From Asterias rubens (taxonomy: Eukaryota), in contig NC_047078.1 in NCBI RefSeq assembly GCF_902459465.1, forward strand, positions 372,001-436,000: 64,000 nucleotides of DNA, given 5' to 3'. The notes under the pieces are model-generated. The model did not search any database. It saw only the letters and a list, made by a program, of their open reading frames with translations, and was not told the DNA's origin. Below are positions 1-13,400 of the stretch, piece by piece (the first letter of the stretch is position 1; each line of letters starts with the position of its first letter). Both the position numbers and the translations under genes were made by a program.

Positions 1-334
1 TTTGATTGTTGTCATTGCATGTGTAATTTAAGTAATTTTTTAACAACAGTTTGTTGTATTGTTTTTTTTAACTTTTTGTTTTTTAAATGTGAAAATTTTT
101 ATTGCATTTTGTGATTTGTTTTTAGTCTGAGGTAGATTTTTGTATCAAATTTGTTGCAAAATAAATTATTGTCCTTGCCTTGCTTTTTTTAAATTGAAAT
201 ATAATCTTATTTTAATCAACGTTATCTTTAACTCAAGACGTTGTTCTTCTAATTTGTCTTTCATTCTAGCAAAAAGTCTGATGAATTTTTTTATTTAAAA
301 GGATTTTAACATATTTTGGTATTATTACTTTTGG

Positions 335-525
335 TGTTACCCATACACCATGTACACCGATGTGTGTTTGCACTGTATACTCAGCACTTTCCCGAGTCCT
401 GTGAAAAAAATATCACAGGCATATTATTCTGGTGGGTTTCGAACCCACGACCCTTGATTTTTTGGAGCAATGTCTTTACAACTAGACTACCGAGGTAGTC
501 CGGTAGCTAGAGGCAGTCCGAATCC
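335..525 (-). mobile_element. Copy of an interspersed repeat with an internal tRNA-like segment (same family as 43235-43770)
   Basis: The reverse complement aligns by eye with 43317-43500. It has a B-box-like GGTTCGAAACC and the shared tail GGACTCGGGAAAGTGCTGAGTATACAGTGC. Confidence 0.65.
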
Positions 526-1142
526 TATTGGTAAATCACAACATTGAATTTAACTTTGGAGCCCCCTCTTTAACAATTCAAACAACTTTATTTTCAAAAG
601 GTTACTTGAGACTAGTTGTTCTGAGGCTTTTTGTTTTTATTTGAGAAGTACAGAAGTCCCCTCCTACAATACACTAAAGAATTCATGTGATTTCAAGTAC
701 ACAATGAATATACAATAGAGGTGGGCTACCACCATACCCTATGTCTTGCACCAAGTTAAGTGGGCTACCACCTACCCTATGTCTTGCACCAAACGTGTAC
801 AACATGAGCAATGTTGTACATAATTCAATGCATTTTGATTGGTCATTTTTATACGGGAAAAAAATCAAAATGTCAAGGTTTCCCAGACTTTTATTCTTTC
901 AACTTCTCATCTTGCATTGTTTGCCTGTGTTGCTTCAATATTTTAATGTCTGTATATGAATGGCTATGATTACATTAAAAGTATTATGGTTATATTAATT
1001 GCTTGTGTTATTTTATTGATTAATTGCCAAATGCATATAAATATTCAATTCTTAATGGTAGATTTGATTGTAACAGCTTATACTTGTACTTAAAGTGTTA
1101 AGAATGTAAGAAGGTGGTGAGAGGCAGGGTATACTTTTGGTA

Positions 1143-1290
1143 ATAGGAGACTTTCCAACGCTAGGCGGCAGCAGACATACCGGGTAAATTTCCATTGTTT
1201 ACGTAGTTCTGAACATGCGCATAATTCTGAGAACAATGGATTTACCCGGTAAGTCTGCTGCCCTCTATCGTCCCAGAAAGTCTCCCATTG
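1143..1290. mobile_element. Short palindromic MITE-like element
   Basis: Inverted ends GGAGACTTT...AAAGTCTCC, plus an internal inverted pair GCAGCAGACATACCGGGTAAAT / ATTTACCCGGTAAGTCTGCTGC. Confidence 0.6.
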
Positions 1291-2327
1291 TCAAAGACCA
1301 GTATTCTTTCTCCGGTGTATGCATAAAATAACAAATGTATGAAAACTTTGGCCGAATTGGTCTGCCAAGTTGCAAGACAACAATGAAACAAAAAACTGGT
1401 TTCAAAGGATTGTGTGGTCTTCAGATGCCTGAGAAAGGTTTCAAGTTTTTCTCAGGTTCAAGTTTTTGGTGAAATGTCTCCTCTTTCTATAAAACTACAT
1501 CACTTCAAAGGGTGTCGTTTCTAACAATGTTTTACAATACCAACAGCTCTCCACTGCTCTATTAAGTAAGATTTTAAGGTCATTATTTTTTGAGTTTTTA
1601 CCAAAAGTGTACACTCCCTTTAAGGTTGTAAAGACTTGACTGTCTGCTTAAAGAAGGAAATGATTGGTTTTTATGTGTCTGTTGTGGCAGTAGATGTGAC
1701 TTTGTTGAATTTGGTTTGAAAAACCTGAGAGCTTAATCCACCAATCATAATGAAAACACCATGTTCTTTAAAGGGTCTGTATACGTTTGGTAATCACAAA
1801 TTAATGGCAATCAAAACTTTGGTAATCAGTACAGCAGCTTTGGAAAGTTTAATGTAATCTGAGAAACTCTTCACTTAATAGTACTGTGGTAAAGGAAAAC
1901 GATATCACTTTTAATAAAATAAAACAATAATTGGAGAAGCGTTACTTACAGTAATGCTTCTCAGATTTTGTTTTCCAGTTGCAGATTATTCATCCTGCGT
2001 GGACATAACTGTTGCAGAATTTCAGCATTATCTAAAAGATTCTACCACTTTTTTGCTGGTTTATGGATCTACTATAGGATTGACACAAACCGTGCGTTCC
2101 AAATTACCAAAGGTATACAATCCCTTTAAGTTATTGTCTCTATTGAGGGTATGTAGATATCAATTATTAAAATATCTTGTTTCTTCAGTGGTTTTGAAGA
2201 AAAAGAAACTTCTGGAGGCTACTGTTTGTTGATTCTGTTGTTGTTTTTGTTTACAGTATATGACCCCAGAGATTGGTAAACCAATTGGTTTTCTCAAGAG
2301 TCTGATGAGTGTTGGTCTTTTTATTTT

Positions 2328-2452
2328 TGCCTAAAAATTAAGAAGAAAAAACATAAGGGGTAAGTCCAGCACTTTTATCAAATTTTTGCCTTAAACTGAA
2401 AAAATCACAAGGGGTAAGTCCAGCATTTTTAGCAAATTTGGGCCGAAAATTG
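2328..2452 (-). repeat. Two copies of the ~58-bp satellite unit in inverted orientation
   Basis: AAGGGGTAAGTCCAGCA occurs twice; it is the reverse complement of the TGCTGGACTTACCCCTT core of the 3254-5497 array. Confidence 0.85.
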
Positions 2453-3253
2453 TAATTTGATAAAGTCGTGCAAATAATTCTTGAAGACCTGTGATCCTGA
2501 CCCACAGGCCTAGTGCTGCTGGTTTCAAACAGAGATAAAATCTTACCGTTTCTCTTTCGGTTTTTCCAATATTATTTCGGTCAACTTTTATTACTCAAAA
2601 CTGTTCTTCTAATACTTATATTTATTATTACAAACAGGATATTATGTAATTCCATGTTTATTTTGTTTACTTTCATTGCGTTTTAACTTTCTTTTTTCGT
2701 ATGTAAATTATGTGGCGCCGTAGCTACAGGAAGCACGTGTAGGCTGGGAGCCACCACACACAGGTTCAATTCCCGCTTGTGTCCTTTTTTTACGTTTTGC
2801 TTGGACGCAGTGAATAATATAAGTAGTGTTTAAAAACACCTCTGAACACCAACGGGCACTGTGGCGACACAGTGCACTGGATAGTTCCATTGTGCGTGCT
2901 ATCCAGAGCTGGTACACCCGGTTCGAATCCTTTGCCTGTACATATATAGACTTGATTTTACTGCTGGCCGCAGGAATGGATTGGGGTCCGTCATGTCTAT
3001 CCCCAAATTAGGTTGGATGAATTTTGCCGGGTGGGAGAGTAAAGGAGGGACCGGGACTAGCCAATCCCAGAAAGGAACTAATGGGTGATCACCACGCTGG
3101 TTTCGACCAGACTTTGAGTCCCCTGAACGCCTGGTCGTCACTCTGACTAACTCTTTGCCGAATATTACTTCAATTTGAATTAATTTTAACAATCTATGTA
3201 TACTTCGATTGTACTGCACATGTCAACGGCAAACTATCAGAGGGTCTTCTTCT

Positions 3254-5497
3254 AAAAATGCTTGACTTACCCCTTGTTATTTTTTTAGTTTTAGGCCAAA
3301 ATTTGATAATTATGCTGGACTTACCCCTTGTGATTTTTTTCAGTTTTAGGAAAAAATTTGATAAAAATGCTGGACTTACCCCTTGTTATTTTTTTCAGTT
3401 TTAGGCAAAAATTTGGCAAATGTGCTGGACTTACTCCTTGTGATTTTTTCAGTGTAGGCAAAAAATTTATAAAAATGCTGGACTTACCCCTTGTGATTTT
3501 TTTTTCAGTTTTAGCCCAAAAGTTGATAAAAATGCTGGACTTACCTCTTGTGATTTTTGTTTCAGTTTAAAATTTGATAAAATTGCTGAACTTACCCCTC
3601 TAGATTTTTTCACATTTTAGGCCAAAATTTGATAAAAGTGCTGGACTTACCCTTTGTGATTTTTTTTCTTCAGATTTAGGCCAAAATTTGGTAAAAAGTG
3701 CTGGACTAGCCCCTTGTGATTTTTTCAGTTTTAGGCAAAAATTTGATAAAATTGCTGGACTTACCCATTGTGATTTTTTCAGTTTAAGGCACAAATTTGA
3801 TAAAAATGCTGGACTTACCCCTTGTGATTTTTGTTCAGTTTTAGACGAAAATTTGATAAAAATGCTGGACTTACCCCTTGTGATTTTTGTTCAGTTTTAG
3901 ACCAAAATTTGTTAAAAATGCTGGACTTACCCCTTGTGATTTTTTTTTTCAGATTTAGGCAAAAATTTGGTAAAAAGTGCTGGACTAGCCCCTTGTGATT
4001 TTTGTTCAGTTTTAGACCAAAATTTGTTAAAAATGCTGGACTAACCCCTTGTGATTTTTTTTTTTCAGATTTAGGCAAAAATTTGGTAAAAAGTGCTGGA
4101 CTAGCCCCTTGTGATTTTTTCAGTTTTAGGCAAAAATTTGATAAAATTGCTGGACTAACCCCTTGTGTTTTGGTTGTTCAGTTTTAGGCAAAAATTTGAT
4201 AAAATTGCTGGACTTACCCCTTGTGATTTTTTTTCAGTTTTAAGCCATAATTTGATAAAATTGCTGGACTAACCCATTGTGATTTGTTGTTCAGTTTTAG
4301 GCCAAAATTTTATAAAATTGCTGGACTAACCCCTTGTGATTTTTGTTCAGTTTTAGTCCAAAATTTGATAAAAATTGCTGGGCTAACCCCTTGTGATTTT
4401 TGTTTCAGTTTACGGCCAAAATTTGATAAAATTGCTGGACTAACCCCTTGTGACATTTTTTCAGTTTTATGCCAAAATTTAATTAAAATGCTGGACTAAG
4501 CCCTTGTGAGTTTTGTTTTCAGTTTACGGCCGAAATTTGATAACATTGCTGGACTTACCCCCTTGTGTTTTTTTTTAGTTTACGGCCAAACTTTGATAAA
4601 AATGCTGGACTTACCCCTTGTGATTTTTTCAGTTTAAGTCCAAATTTGATAAAATTGCTGAACTTACCCCTCTTGTTTTTTTCACATTTTAGGCAAAAAT
4701 TTGATAAAAGTACTGGACTTACCCCTTGTGACTTTTTTCAGTTTTAGGCCGGAAAAAATGCTGGACTCACCCTTGTGATATTTTTTTCAGTTTACTGCAA
4801 AAAATTGATAAAATTGCTGGACTAACAACCCCTTGTGACATTTTTTCAGTTTTATGCCAAAATTTAATTAAAATGCTGGACTAAGCCCTTGTGAGTTTTG
4901 TTTTCAGTTTACGGCCGAAATTTGATAACATTGCTGGACTTACCCCCTTGTGTTTTTTTTTAGTTTTCGGCAAAAATTTGATAAAAATGCTGGACTTACC
5001 CCTTGTGATTTTTTTTTCAGTTTTAGGCCAGAATTTGATAACAACGCAAGTTTTAGGCAATTTATTTTTCAGTTTTAGGCAAAAATTTGATTAAATTGGT
5101 GGCCTAACCCCTCTTGATTTTTTTTGCAGTTTTAGGCCAAAATTTGATAAAAATGCTGGACTTACCCCTTGTGATTTTTTCAAATTTTAGGCAAAAATTT
5201 TATAAAAATGCTGAACTAACCCCTTGTTACCTTTTTCAGTTTTAGGCCAAAATTTGATAAAAATGCTGGACTCACCCTTTGTGAGGTTTTTAAAAGTTTG
5301 TTGCAAAAATTTGATAAAAAAGCTGGTTTTCACCCCTTGTGATTTTTTCAGTTTTAGGCCAAAATTCGATAAGAACGCTGGATTTTACCCCTTGTGATTT
5401 TTTATTTTAGGCCAAAATTTGATAAAAACGCTGGATTTTACCCCTTGTGATTTTTCAGTTTTAGGCCAAAATTTGACAAAAATACTGGACTTACCCC
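3254..5497 (+). repeat. Degenerate tandem satellite, unit ~56-60 bp, roughly 38-40 copies
   Basis: Unit AAAATGCTGGACTTACCCCTTGTGATTTTTTCAGTTTTAGGCCAAAATTTGATA repeats with variable T/A run lengths. Confidence 0.95.
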
Positions 5498-7441
5498 TGG
5501 AGCACGACACCAACCTGACTGGCATCTTATACAAAAATAAATCATGAAAAATGCTCACAACAAAACAGACAACAAAACAGTGGCACAGAGTTGTTACTAC
5601 TAGCTATGAATTTATTCACAGTTCAACATGTCAGTAAAGAAGGCCTTAACAAAAAACAAAACAAAAGTAGGTGGAGAGATGTAAAATGTATAGTTTTGAT
5701 GGCAAAGTTGCATGACAAACAGATGCCTTAATCCATTTGCATACAACTTTTTTCCAGGAATGACAGAACAACTAAAGGTTTCTTGGAATTATATTTAAAG
5801 GTATCATACAGGATTGATAAGAATAAAAACAAATTCATTTTGTAATTTATCTCTAAAGGCTTTTCTGATTATGAAGTTCATTCTATATGTACAACAATTT
5901 TTCTGTGTAATATAACCCTACAAAAATGAAGTCAGATTCAAGAAAGCTGCTTCTAAAATCCTTTAAGACACTTCACCTGATGTTGGTTCGGTTGTTACAA
6001 CCAAAATGAAGGACAATGTGTTTACATGCTTAATTATTTTCACTAGTTTCAGTAAGCCAAATTTTCACAGGTTTGTTATTTGTTTTCCATCTAAATAGTT
6101 GATCACACAAAACATGAACACTGTCTGTGACTATTATGTCAGCTCTACCGATCATGTATAATACCTTTAAAATAAAAAGGGAATGGAAGTTATTAACTTT
6201 ACCTTAAATACTCTCAGCGCAATTTAAATAACTTTACTCAAAATGATAACTTTGCAGAGAGAAAAAAAATGGAGCATTAAACATTTTATTGATTAGCAAA
6301 TCATCGTTCCCACAAAAAGTTTGAATAAATGGCCATTTATAATAATATTACCATGATATTATACAAAAGAAACACAGTAATTTAAGAGCATAGTAATTTT
6401 GTACATTTTAAAGCTCCTAGATAGATATAGTTGTCGCCACTCCAAGAAATAGTGAGAATTCATGGACAGAAAATGAACCTCAGAAAATGCCTTTCTCAAA
6501 CCTCAGCTTAGGATCAGCTTACTTTGAACCACCTCAAGTAAAACACACACTACTCCAAAATAGTAAAGGCCTAAAGGCCAGTTTGTACTCGCTGCATTCC
6601 CAATGTGTACGTAGTTCATGGAGCCCAAGCACAAACTTCATAAACCTGCTTAGGCACAAAAGGAGCTAAACAAAATTATGCTTGCCAGAATAAGGTAACC
6701 AGCCAAAATACTATGTCACATGCACCAACTTTGACTGGTATCCTGCTAATTTTGGTGAAGCACAAAGTTGTTTAGCAAACTTGTAAGCTTAAGCAGCTCA
6801 ACAAAATCTAGCCCAGAAAGTTCAGACACCAACCTCCCAAAACTTACTTCCAAGATGTACTTTAAAGAGAAACATTTGAGACTTTGTCTATGTTTAAACG
6901 ATTGTTGTCTTTCTTTACCCAAGAACTATGTGCTTTGGAATCAAAAACAACTTGACACCAAATATTACACATTAGTGTAGTGTTCCCAGTATACTCAAGT
7001 ACTTTAAATACATTAATTCTTGTCACTTTAAAAGGGGCCAGACTATTTTTCTGTACATGTCTTATTTTGGTGACGGACAGGAATGATGGCTAAAGAACAC
7101 AAAGCAGGGCCAAATTTCCAGGCAAGCTCCTTTGTAATTATTCATGTATGCGTTTTAAACTGACACTTCCTTAAGGAACCGATTAACAAAGGCGCATAGA
7201 TTTGAATAAATTGTCATTTTTAAAATGCAGCTCTTTTTTATCACCGGGGCAAAAAGACATCTTTTGAAAAGACAAACAGTTATTTGAAAAACATCTTTTG
7301 TTTTTAGTTTGTACACTAGCTTGGTTTGATAAGAATTCGCTTCAAGCACACAAGAAGCCTTGCGAGAACTCATCTTTACAAGAATAAATTTATAAGTAAA
7401 TCTTGACTTTAGTTTTTATCACGTACTCTGACAACGATGTC

Positions 7442-10400
7442 TTATACAATCTCATACTTCTCCACCAGCAGCGCTACATCTGATGAGAATTTAATCGGCT
7501 GCTCATTCTCCACGCCCAGAACATCAGTCACCTGAGGAAACGAGATCAAACAATGAAGATCATCTGTTACTATGGCAATATGTAAAATCTAACCCAAACT
7601 ATGGAAATTTCCATAGGATTATCGGTTGGCTTACATGTATGCAGAGCTAAAATGTTACACTAGAACTCTGGCTTGAGGCCAGTGATTTCAGTGTCGGGCC
7701 AGTAAGCCCAAGATTCAGTGTCGGGCCAGTAAGCCCAAGATTCAGTGTCGGGCCAGTAAGCCCAAGATTCAGTGTCGGGCCAGTAAGCCCAAGATTCAGT
7801 GTCGGGCCAGTAAGCCCAAGATTCAGTGATGGGCCAGTAAGCCCAAGATTCAGTGTAGGGCCAGTAAGCCCAAGATTCAGTGTCGGGCCAGTAAGCCCAA
7901 GATTCAGTGTCGGGCCAGTAAGCCCAAGATTCAGTGTCGGGCCAGTAAGCCCAAGATTCAGTGATGGGCCAGTTAGCCCAAGATTCAGTGTCGGGCCAGT
8001 AAGCCCAAGATTCAGTGTCGGGCCAGTAAGCCCAAGATTCAGTGTCGGGCCAGTAAGCCCAAGATTCAGTGTCGGGCCAGTAAGCCCAAGATTCAGTGTC
8101 GGGCCAGTAAGCCCAAGATTCAGTGTCGGGCCAGTAAGCCCAAGATTCAGTGTCGGGCCAGTAAGCCCAAGATTCAGTGTCGGGCCAGTAAGCCCAAGAT
8201 TCAGTGTCGGGCCAGTAAGCCCAAGATTCAGTGTCGGGCCAGTAAGCCCAAGACAGGACAAGTCCGGTGGTCTTGGGTTTTTTCAATTGCACACCTTTGT
8301 CTCAAAAGAATGATGTTCAAATGATGAATTTGGGTCTCACAAATATCTTTCATACCTGCTAAGTATCTCCCATAAAACAGAAGGGATCAATCTTCTCTTA
8401 ATGTTTGTTAAAATAAAACATCTTAGATGATAAAACTGAGTTCTCATTTTAGTTCTAGAATCTAGTCCCTTCTCAATTTTAAATTCTGGTCCCGTAAAAA
8501 AAATCCCAATCCAGTAAAACTTCTGAGATCAATTCAAGCCTTTGATAATAATAATAATAATAATAATATAACCCCTTTTTATGTAGCACTTTTCACACCC
8601 GAAGGGAGTCCCAAAGCGCTTCACATTATTACCCCTGGTCACTGGGCCTTAAATCATTCCTTAAACCATCTCAGCTCCCTGGGAAGTATACAGCCTGTGT
8701 CGCCAAATATGTAGCACAATCAAGGCTAATCAACCACAAGAACCAACTCTGCACTCACAGGTACCCATTTACCCCTGGGTGGAGAGAAGCAATTATAGTG
8801 AAATGTCTTGCTCAAGAACACAAGTGTCATGACCGGGATTTGAACCCACACTCTGCTGAACAGAATCACCAGAGTTTGAATTTGGTGCTCTTATCCGCAT
8901 GGAACATTGACTCGTGGTTGACAAATAGTCGCTGATGGAACTTGCCCTTAGTGTCCTAAAGTCTTGGGACTTTACCTGGATGTCACAGTAAGATTTTTGC
9001 GAGATGAAATTGACGGACACTGGGAAGAAGTCGTCCGGGTGTCCAGCGATGCTGAACTCCAGACTCCCGCTCTTGTTGCCTGAATCTATGACTGGAAGGG
9101 TCCATTCTAGGACGTTACGACGGTGATCGTAGCGAGAGTTACCATCGATCTCGCCAACAATGGGGGCGCCGCAACCTGACCTGTTTATGAGTAAAGAAAA
9201 CGAGGAGATTGAGTGAACGAGCGAGTTGTCTTCAAGTTAATAATAATATTAAAATATTTATAGAGCTCCTTGTGTAAGAACCTCCAGACGCTTTTCACAG
9301 ATAAAAACAGAAGCAAAAACTTAAAAAGCAAAAGGTTAACCAAAATAAAATAGAAGTCACAAGAGACAAGTCAAGAGTTACATTAAGTTCCGTCATTACA
9401 GAATAAGGGTTGGAATCCGTCATGCATCTTGTGTTTTAGTCTTTCTTTTGACATAAACATTGTTTGAACAGTCTCGCAAGTGTTTATCACTCTACCAGCC
9501 AGGCTCCTAGTGGATGATACCCATGCCTACATCCTTACAGACTGTGAAGGGGGTAACCCTGTTTCAGCCCCAGGAGTAGGTGGCTCCTAGTGGATGATAC
9601 CCATGCCTACATCCTTACAGACTGTGAAGGGGGTAACCCTGTTTCAGCCCCAGGAGTAGGTGGCTTCTAGTGGATGCTACCCATGCCTACATCCTTACAG
9701 ACTGTGAAGGGGGTTGACCCCGTTTCAGCCCCAGGAATTGGTGGCAGCATGCTTCTGGGGACAGTTAAGTGTAGCCCTCACCATGAAGTGGCCTTGTGAT
9801 GTAAGGGAATTCCTCATAAACAAATATTTTATAAAATGAGGGCCTTGTCTGTGAGGGTTATGATGATGGGTAACTTACGGCACTGGTATAGTAATGACAA
9901 CATCTTGCAGCTCCATGTGTTCTTGTAGTAACTCATACTCAATGTTCACATCACATCCGCCCTTGTTGTTTTCAGATGGCCAACAATTGACTGGTAGGAA
10001 AGTAAAACAACAACAAAACAAATCATTACTTATTGCTATCAAGCAGCTCATAGCCATAGGATGAACTAATTGATAGTAAACACCAACAGTTTTCCAGATG
10101 GTCTAGAGATTGCATTTCACCATTCCAGGGGAGGACCCATGACTATTTGCATGGGTGGGGTCATGGTTTGTCAAACATTATTATTACTTCACGACAGACT
10201 AAGGCTCGTTTCTGTACAAGTCAATGAGGAACTCTAAAGAAAAAGTGGACCAGTCTGTGTTGTAAAAAACTCCAGCATGTAAACGACCCTGCCAACAGGC
10301 AGTGAAACGCACTGAGGGCTATAGTGTACTTACTGGAGAGTAAGTCTCTCATCCTTAGTGGCTTCTCTCCATTTCAAGACTCCAACATCAATATTATTAT

Positions 10401-13400
10401 TGCCTGACAGACTATGGCTCTTAGTGTACGAGTCAATAAGAAATTCCCTTGATACAGTGGACCAGTCTATGTTGTAAAAACTCCAGCATGTAAACGACCT
10501 TGCTAAGTGGCAGTGTTACGGTTATAGTGTACTTACTAGAGATTGGCATGAGGCTCTCATCCTTGGTGGCTATTCTCCATTTCAAGACTCCAACATCAGT
10601 GTTCAGTGGGAAGGGCTTGGCTGGGTTCTTCATTCCGATGTAAGATTCAGACATGAAGAGTTTCTTATCCACATTGGGGTGAGTCTGAATAAAGGACACA
10701 AATATTATACAAACTGAATTGAGCTGAGCTTAAAATATTAGAAATTCTGGGTCCAGTGGTTAGACTACAGGACTTGCAACCACAAGGTTGTAGGTTCGAA
10801 TCCTACCAAGCTAACTACTGATTTCACAGTGACTAGAATAAGTATTGCTGTACTGAAACACAATTATTTCTGGACTGGTTCAAGTCATAATCATAGACGT
10901 TAAACCAGTGTTTGTATGAGAGAGATTTGCTGTTGCCAGTTTGGCGTTTATATCCCTTTGTTTGAAGTTGCCTGTTTGGCAAGATTATTTACACAAGCAA
11001 ACAGTTTCAAAGAGCCAAGAGCTGATAAACCAGGAGGAAAGTCACTGCTGACAAACGGTCTGAAAGTTGGATCCAAATTTTAGGAGGTATAATGAGTGAT
11101 GGCATTTCCACTTTTTAGTAACCCCTGGAGTTATAGATTGTACATGTAGTAAGCTTTAAAAGTTAGATACTCTGTGGCCCCATTATTCTATTCACCTGTA
11201 AGGTCTGTATTCCTTGGTCATCGTTCTTTGCTACGCCGATCTTAATCATGCCCATCTGTTCATTTTTCTTGTTAATCCTGAGTGCGATCATACCTACTCC
11301 ATTCATTCTGTCAACCCTACATTCTGTACCCCGATACTCTGTAGCCCCTTTATTCTATTCACCTGTAAGGTCTGTATTCCTTGGTCATCGTTCTTTGCTA
11401 CACCAATCTTTATCATGCCCATCTGTTCATTTTTCTTGTTAATCCTGAGTGCGATCATACCTACTCCATTCATTCTGTCAACCCTACATTCTGTACCCCG
11501 ATACTCTGTGGCCCCTTTATTCTATTCACCTGTAAGGTCTGTATTCCTTGGTCATCGTTCTTTGCTACGCCGATCTTAATCATGCCCATCTGTTCATTTT
11601 TCTTGTTAATCCTGAGTGCGATCATACCTACTCCATTCATTCTGTCAACCCTACATTCTGTACCCCGATACTCTGTAGCCCCATTATTCTATTTACCTGT
11701 AAGGTTTGTATTCCTTTGTCATCGTTGTTTGCTACGCCGATCTTAATCATGCCCATCTGTTCATTTTTCTTGTTAATCCTGAGTGCGATCATACCTACTC
11801 CATTCACTCTGTCAACCCTACATTCTGTACCCCGATACTCTGTAGCCCCATTATTCTATTTACCTGTAAGGTTTGTATTCCTTTGTCATCGTTGTTTGCT
11901 ACGCCGATCTTAATCATGCCCATCTGTTCGTTTTTCTCATTAATCCTGAGTGCAATTATTCCATGGCAGTCTAGGCTCTGTAATCCACCTTCTCGTCCTG
12001 CTGTAACAGTCATCTTTTCTTCCACACGTACGTGAACGCTGTTGAGCCAATTACAAATTCATACTCTTAAAAATACGAAACACGGTGGAAATGTAGTGAA
12101 GTATTTGTTGAAGTTTTAAAAAAGTGTGGTGGTCAGAAAAAAAATCTTTAATTTTGTTTTGAAAATATTGTATTTTAGTACGAAGAAACGTATTATCGTA
12201 CTTTGCTAGTAGTATCACACAACATCGTACTGGTTAGCATCTCTGCTCTGTAAGCTTAGGTTGAGAGGAACATGACGCCATTACCAATCTTTCAATTAGT
12301 AAATCATAAAATATCAAAAATACTAATAAGGGATTTTTCCCCCTGCCCCCTTTCAGAATCCATGCATCCCTGTACCATTCCGAAAGCAAGAAACAAAGAA
12401 TTATCAACAAGCAAACATTTGGAAGGGCTATCCAAAATGTGATGGAACATGTCCCCTATAATCATTTAATAATAAACCACAGGGAAACTAGCTTGGTACA
12501 TTGATTTGGGATTGAACAACACAAATTTACTAGAGCAGGATTCGAACCAACGTCCTCCTTAGAGGGAAGGTACACATTTGGTAATTACTCAAAACAAATA
12601 CTAACTTAAAAAACTGACTGGGTAACGAGCATTGGGGAGCTGTTGGTAGTATAAAACATTGTGTGAAACGACTCCCTCTGAAGAAAAGTAGTTTTTGAGA
12701 AAGAGGTAACTTCTCACTCAAATAATAAAAGACTTCTAGCTAGAAGTTGTTTATTCCTATCTGAAAGCACACAAATTTGTCCAACAAGGGTGTTTTTTCT
12801 TTCATAATTTTCTCGCAACTCCATGACCAATTGAGCTCAAATTTTCACAGGCATGTTATTTTATGCTTATGATGGGATACACCAAGTGAGAACACTGGTC
12901 TTTGACAATACCCAAACGTGTACCTTCCCCTTTAATAATGATTTAAAATGCTGGCTTACATTTCTGTTTTGTTTGATGGGGTGGTGGTTTTAGCAATGCT
13001 GGCCGACTGTTTGGATTTTACTGTTGATGATATAACACTTTGTCCTTCCGTCCGCAGCTTGTCTACAAAGCTGTCTACGTCCTTCGTCTTACTGCTCAGC
13101 TTCATGGCCTTGCCAGTCTTACTGGGTCTAGAAAACAAATAAAACAAATAAATAAACAACAGTCCATTAAATACACAAATAAACAAATAAACAACAGTCA
13201 ACCACATGGTTGAATATTGCCCAGCATAAAGGAGCAGTCACGATGCTACAATTGTAAGTATTACACCTGGGCTCCATTTCATAGAGCTGCTTAAGCATTA
13301 AAGTAGCTAAGCAAAATAAAAATTATGCTTACGGAAATAAGGTTACCAGCCAATCTACCATGTCATCTGTACAATTTTTTTTACTGGTATCCTTCTCATT

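Noticed and set aside
2899-3219. 106-aa minus-strand ORF in the satellite spacer
   Set aside because: No recognisable motif and no supporting splice structure.
7647-8292. 204/210-aa ORFs with LNLGLTGPT or SWAYWPDTE repeats
   Set aside because: These are a by-product of a 27-bp (multiple of 3) minisatellite inside an ARCN1 intron, with no splice or start context supporting translation.
11214-12035. Repeated 109-121-aa plus-strand ORFs
   Set aside because: Antisense translations of the 167-bp repeat.
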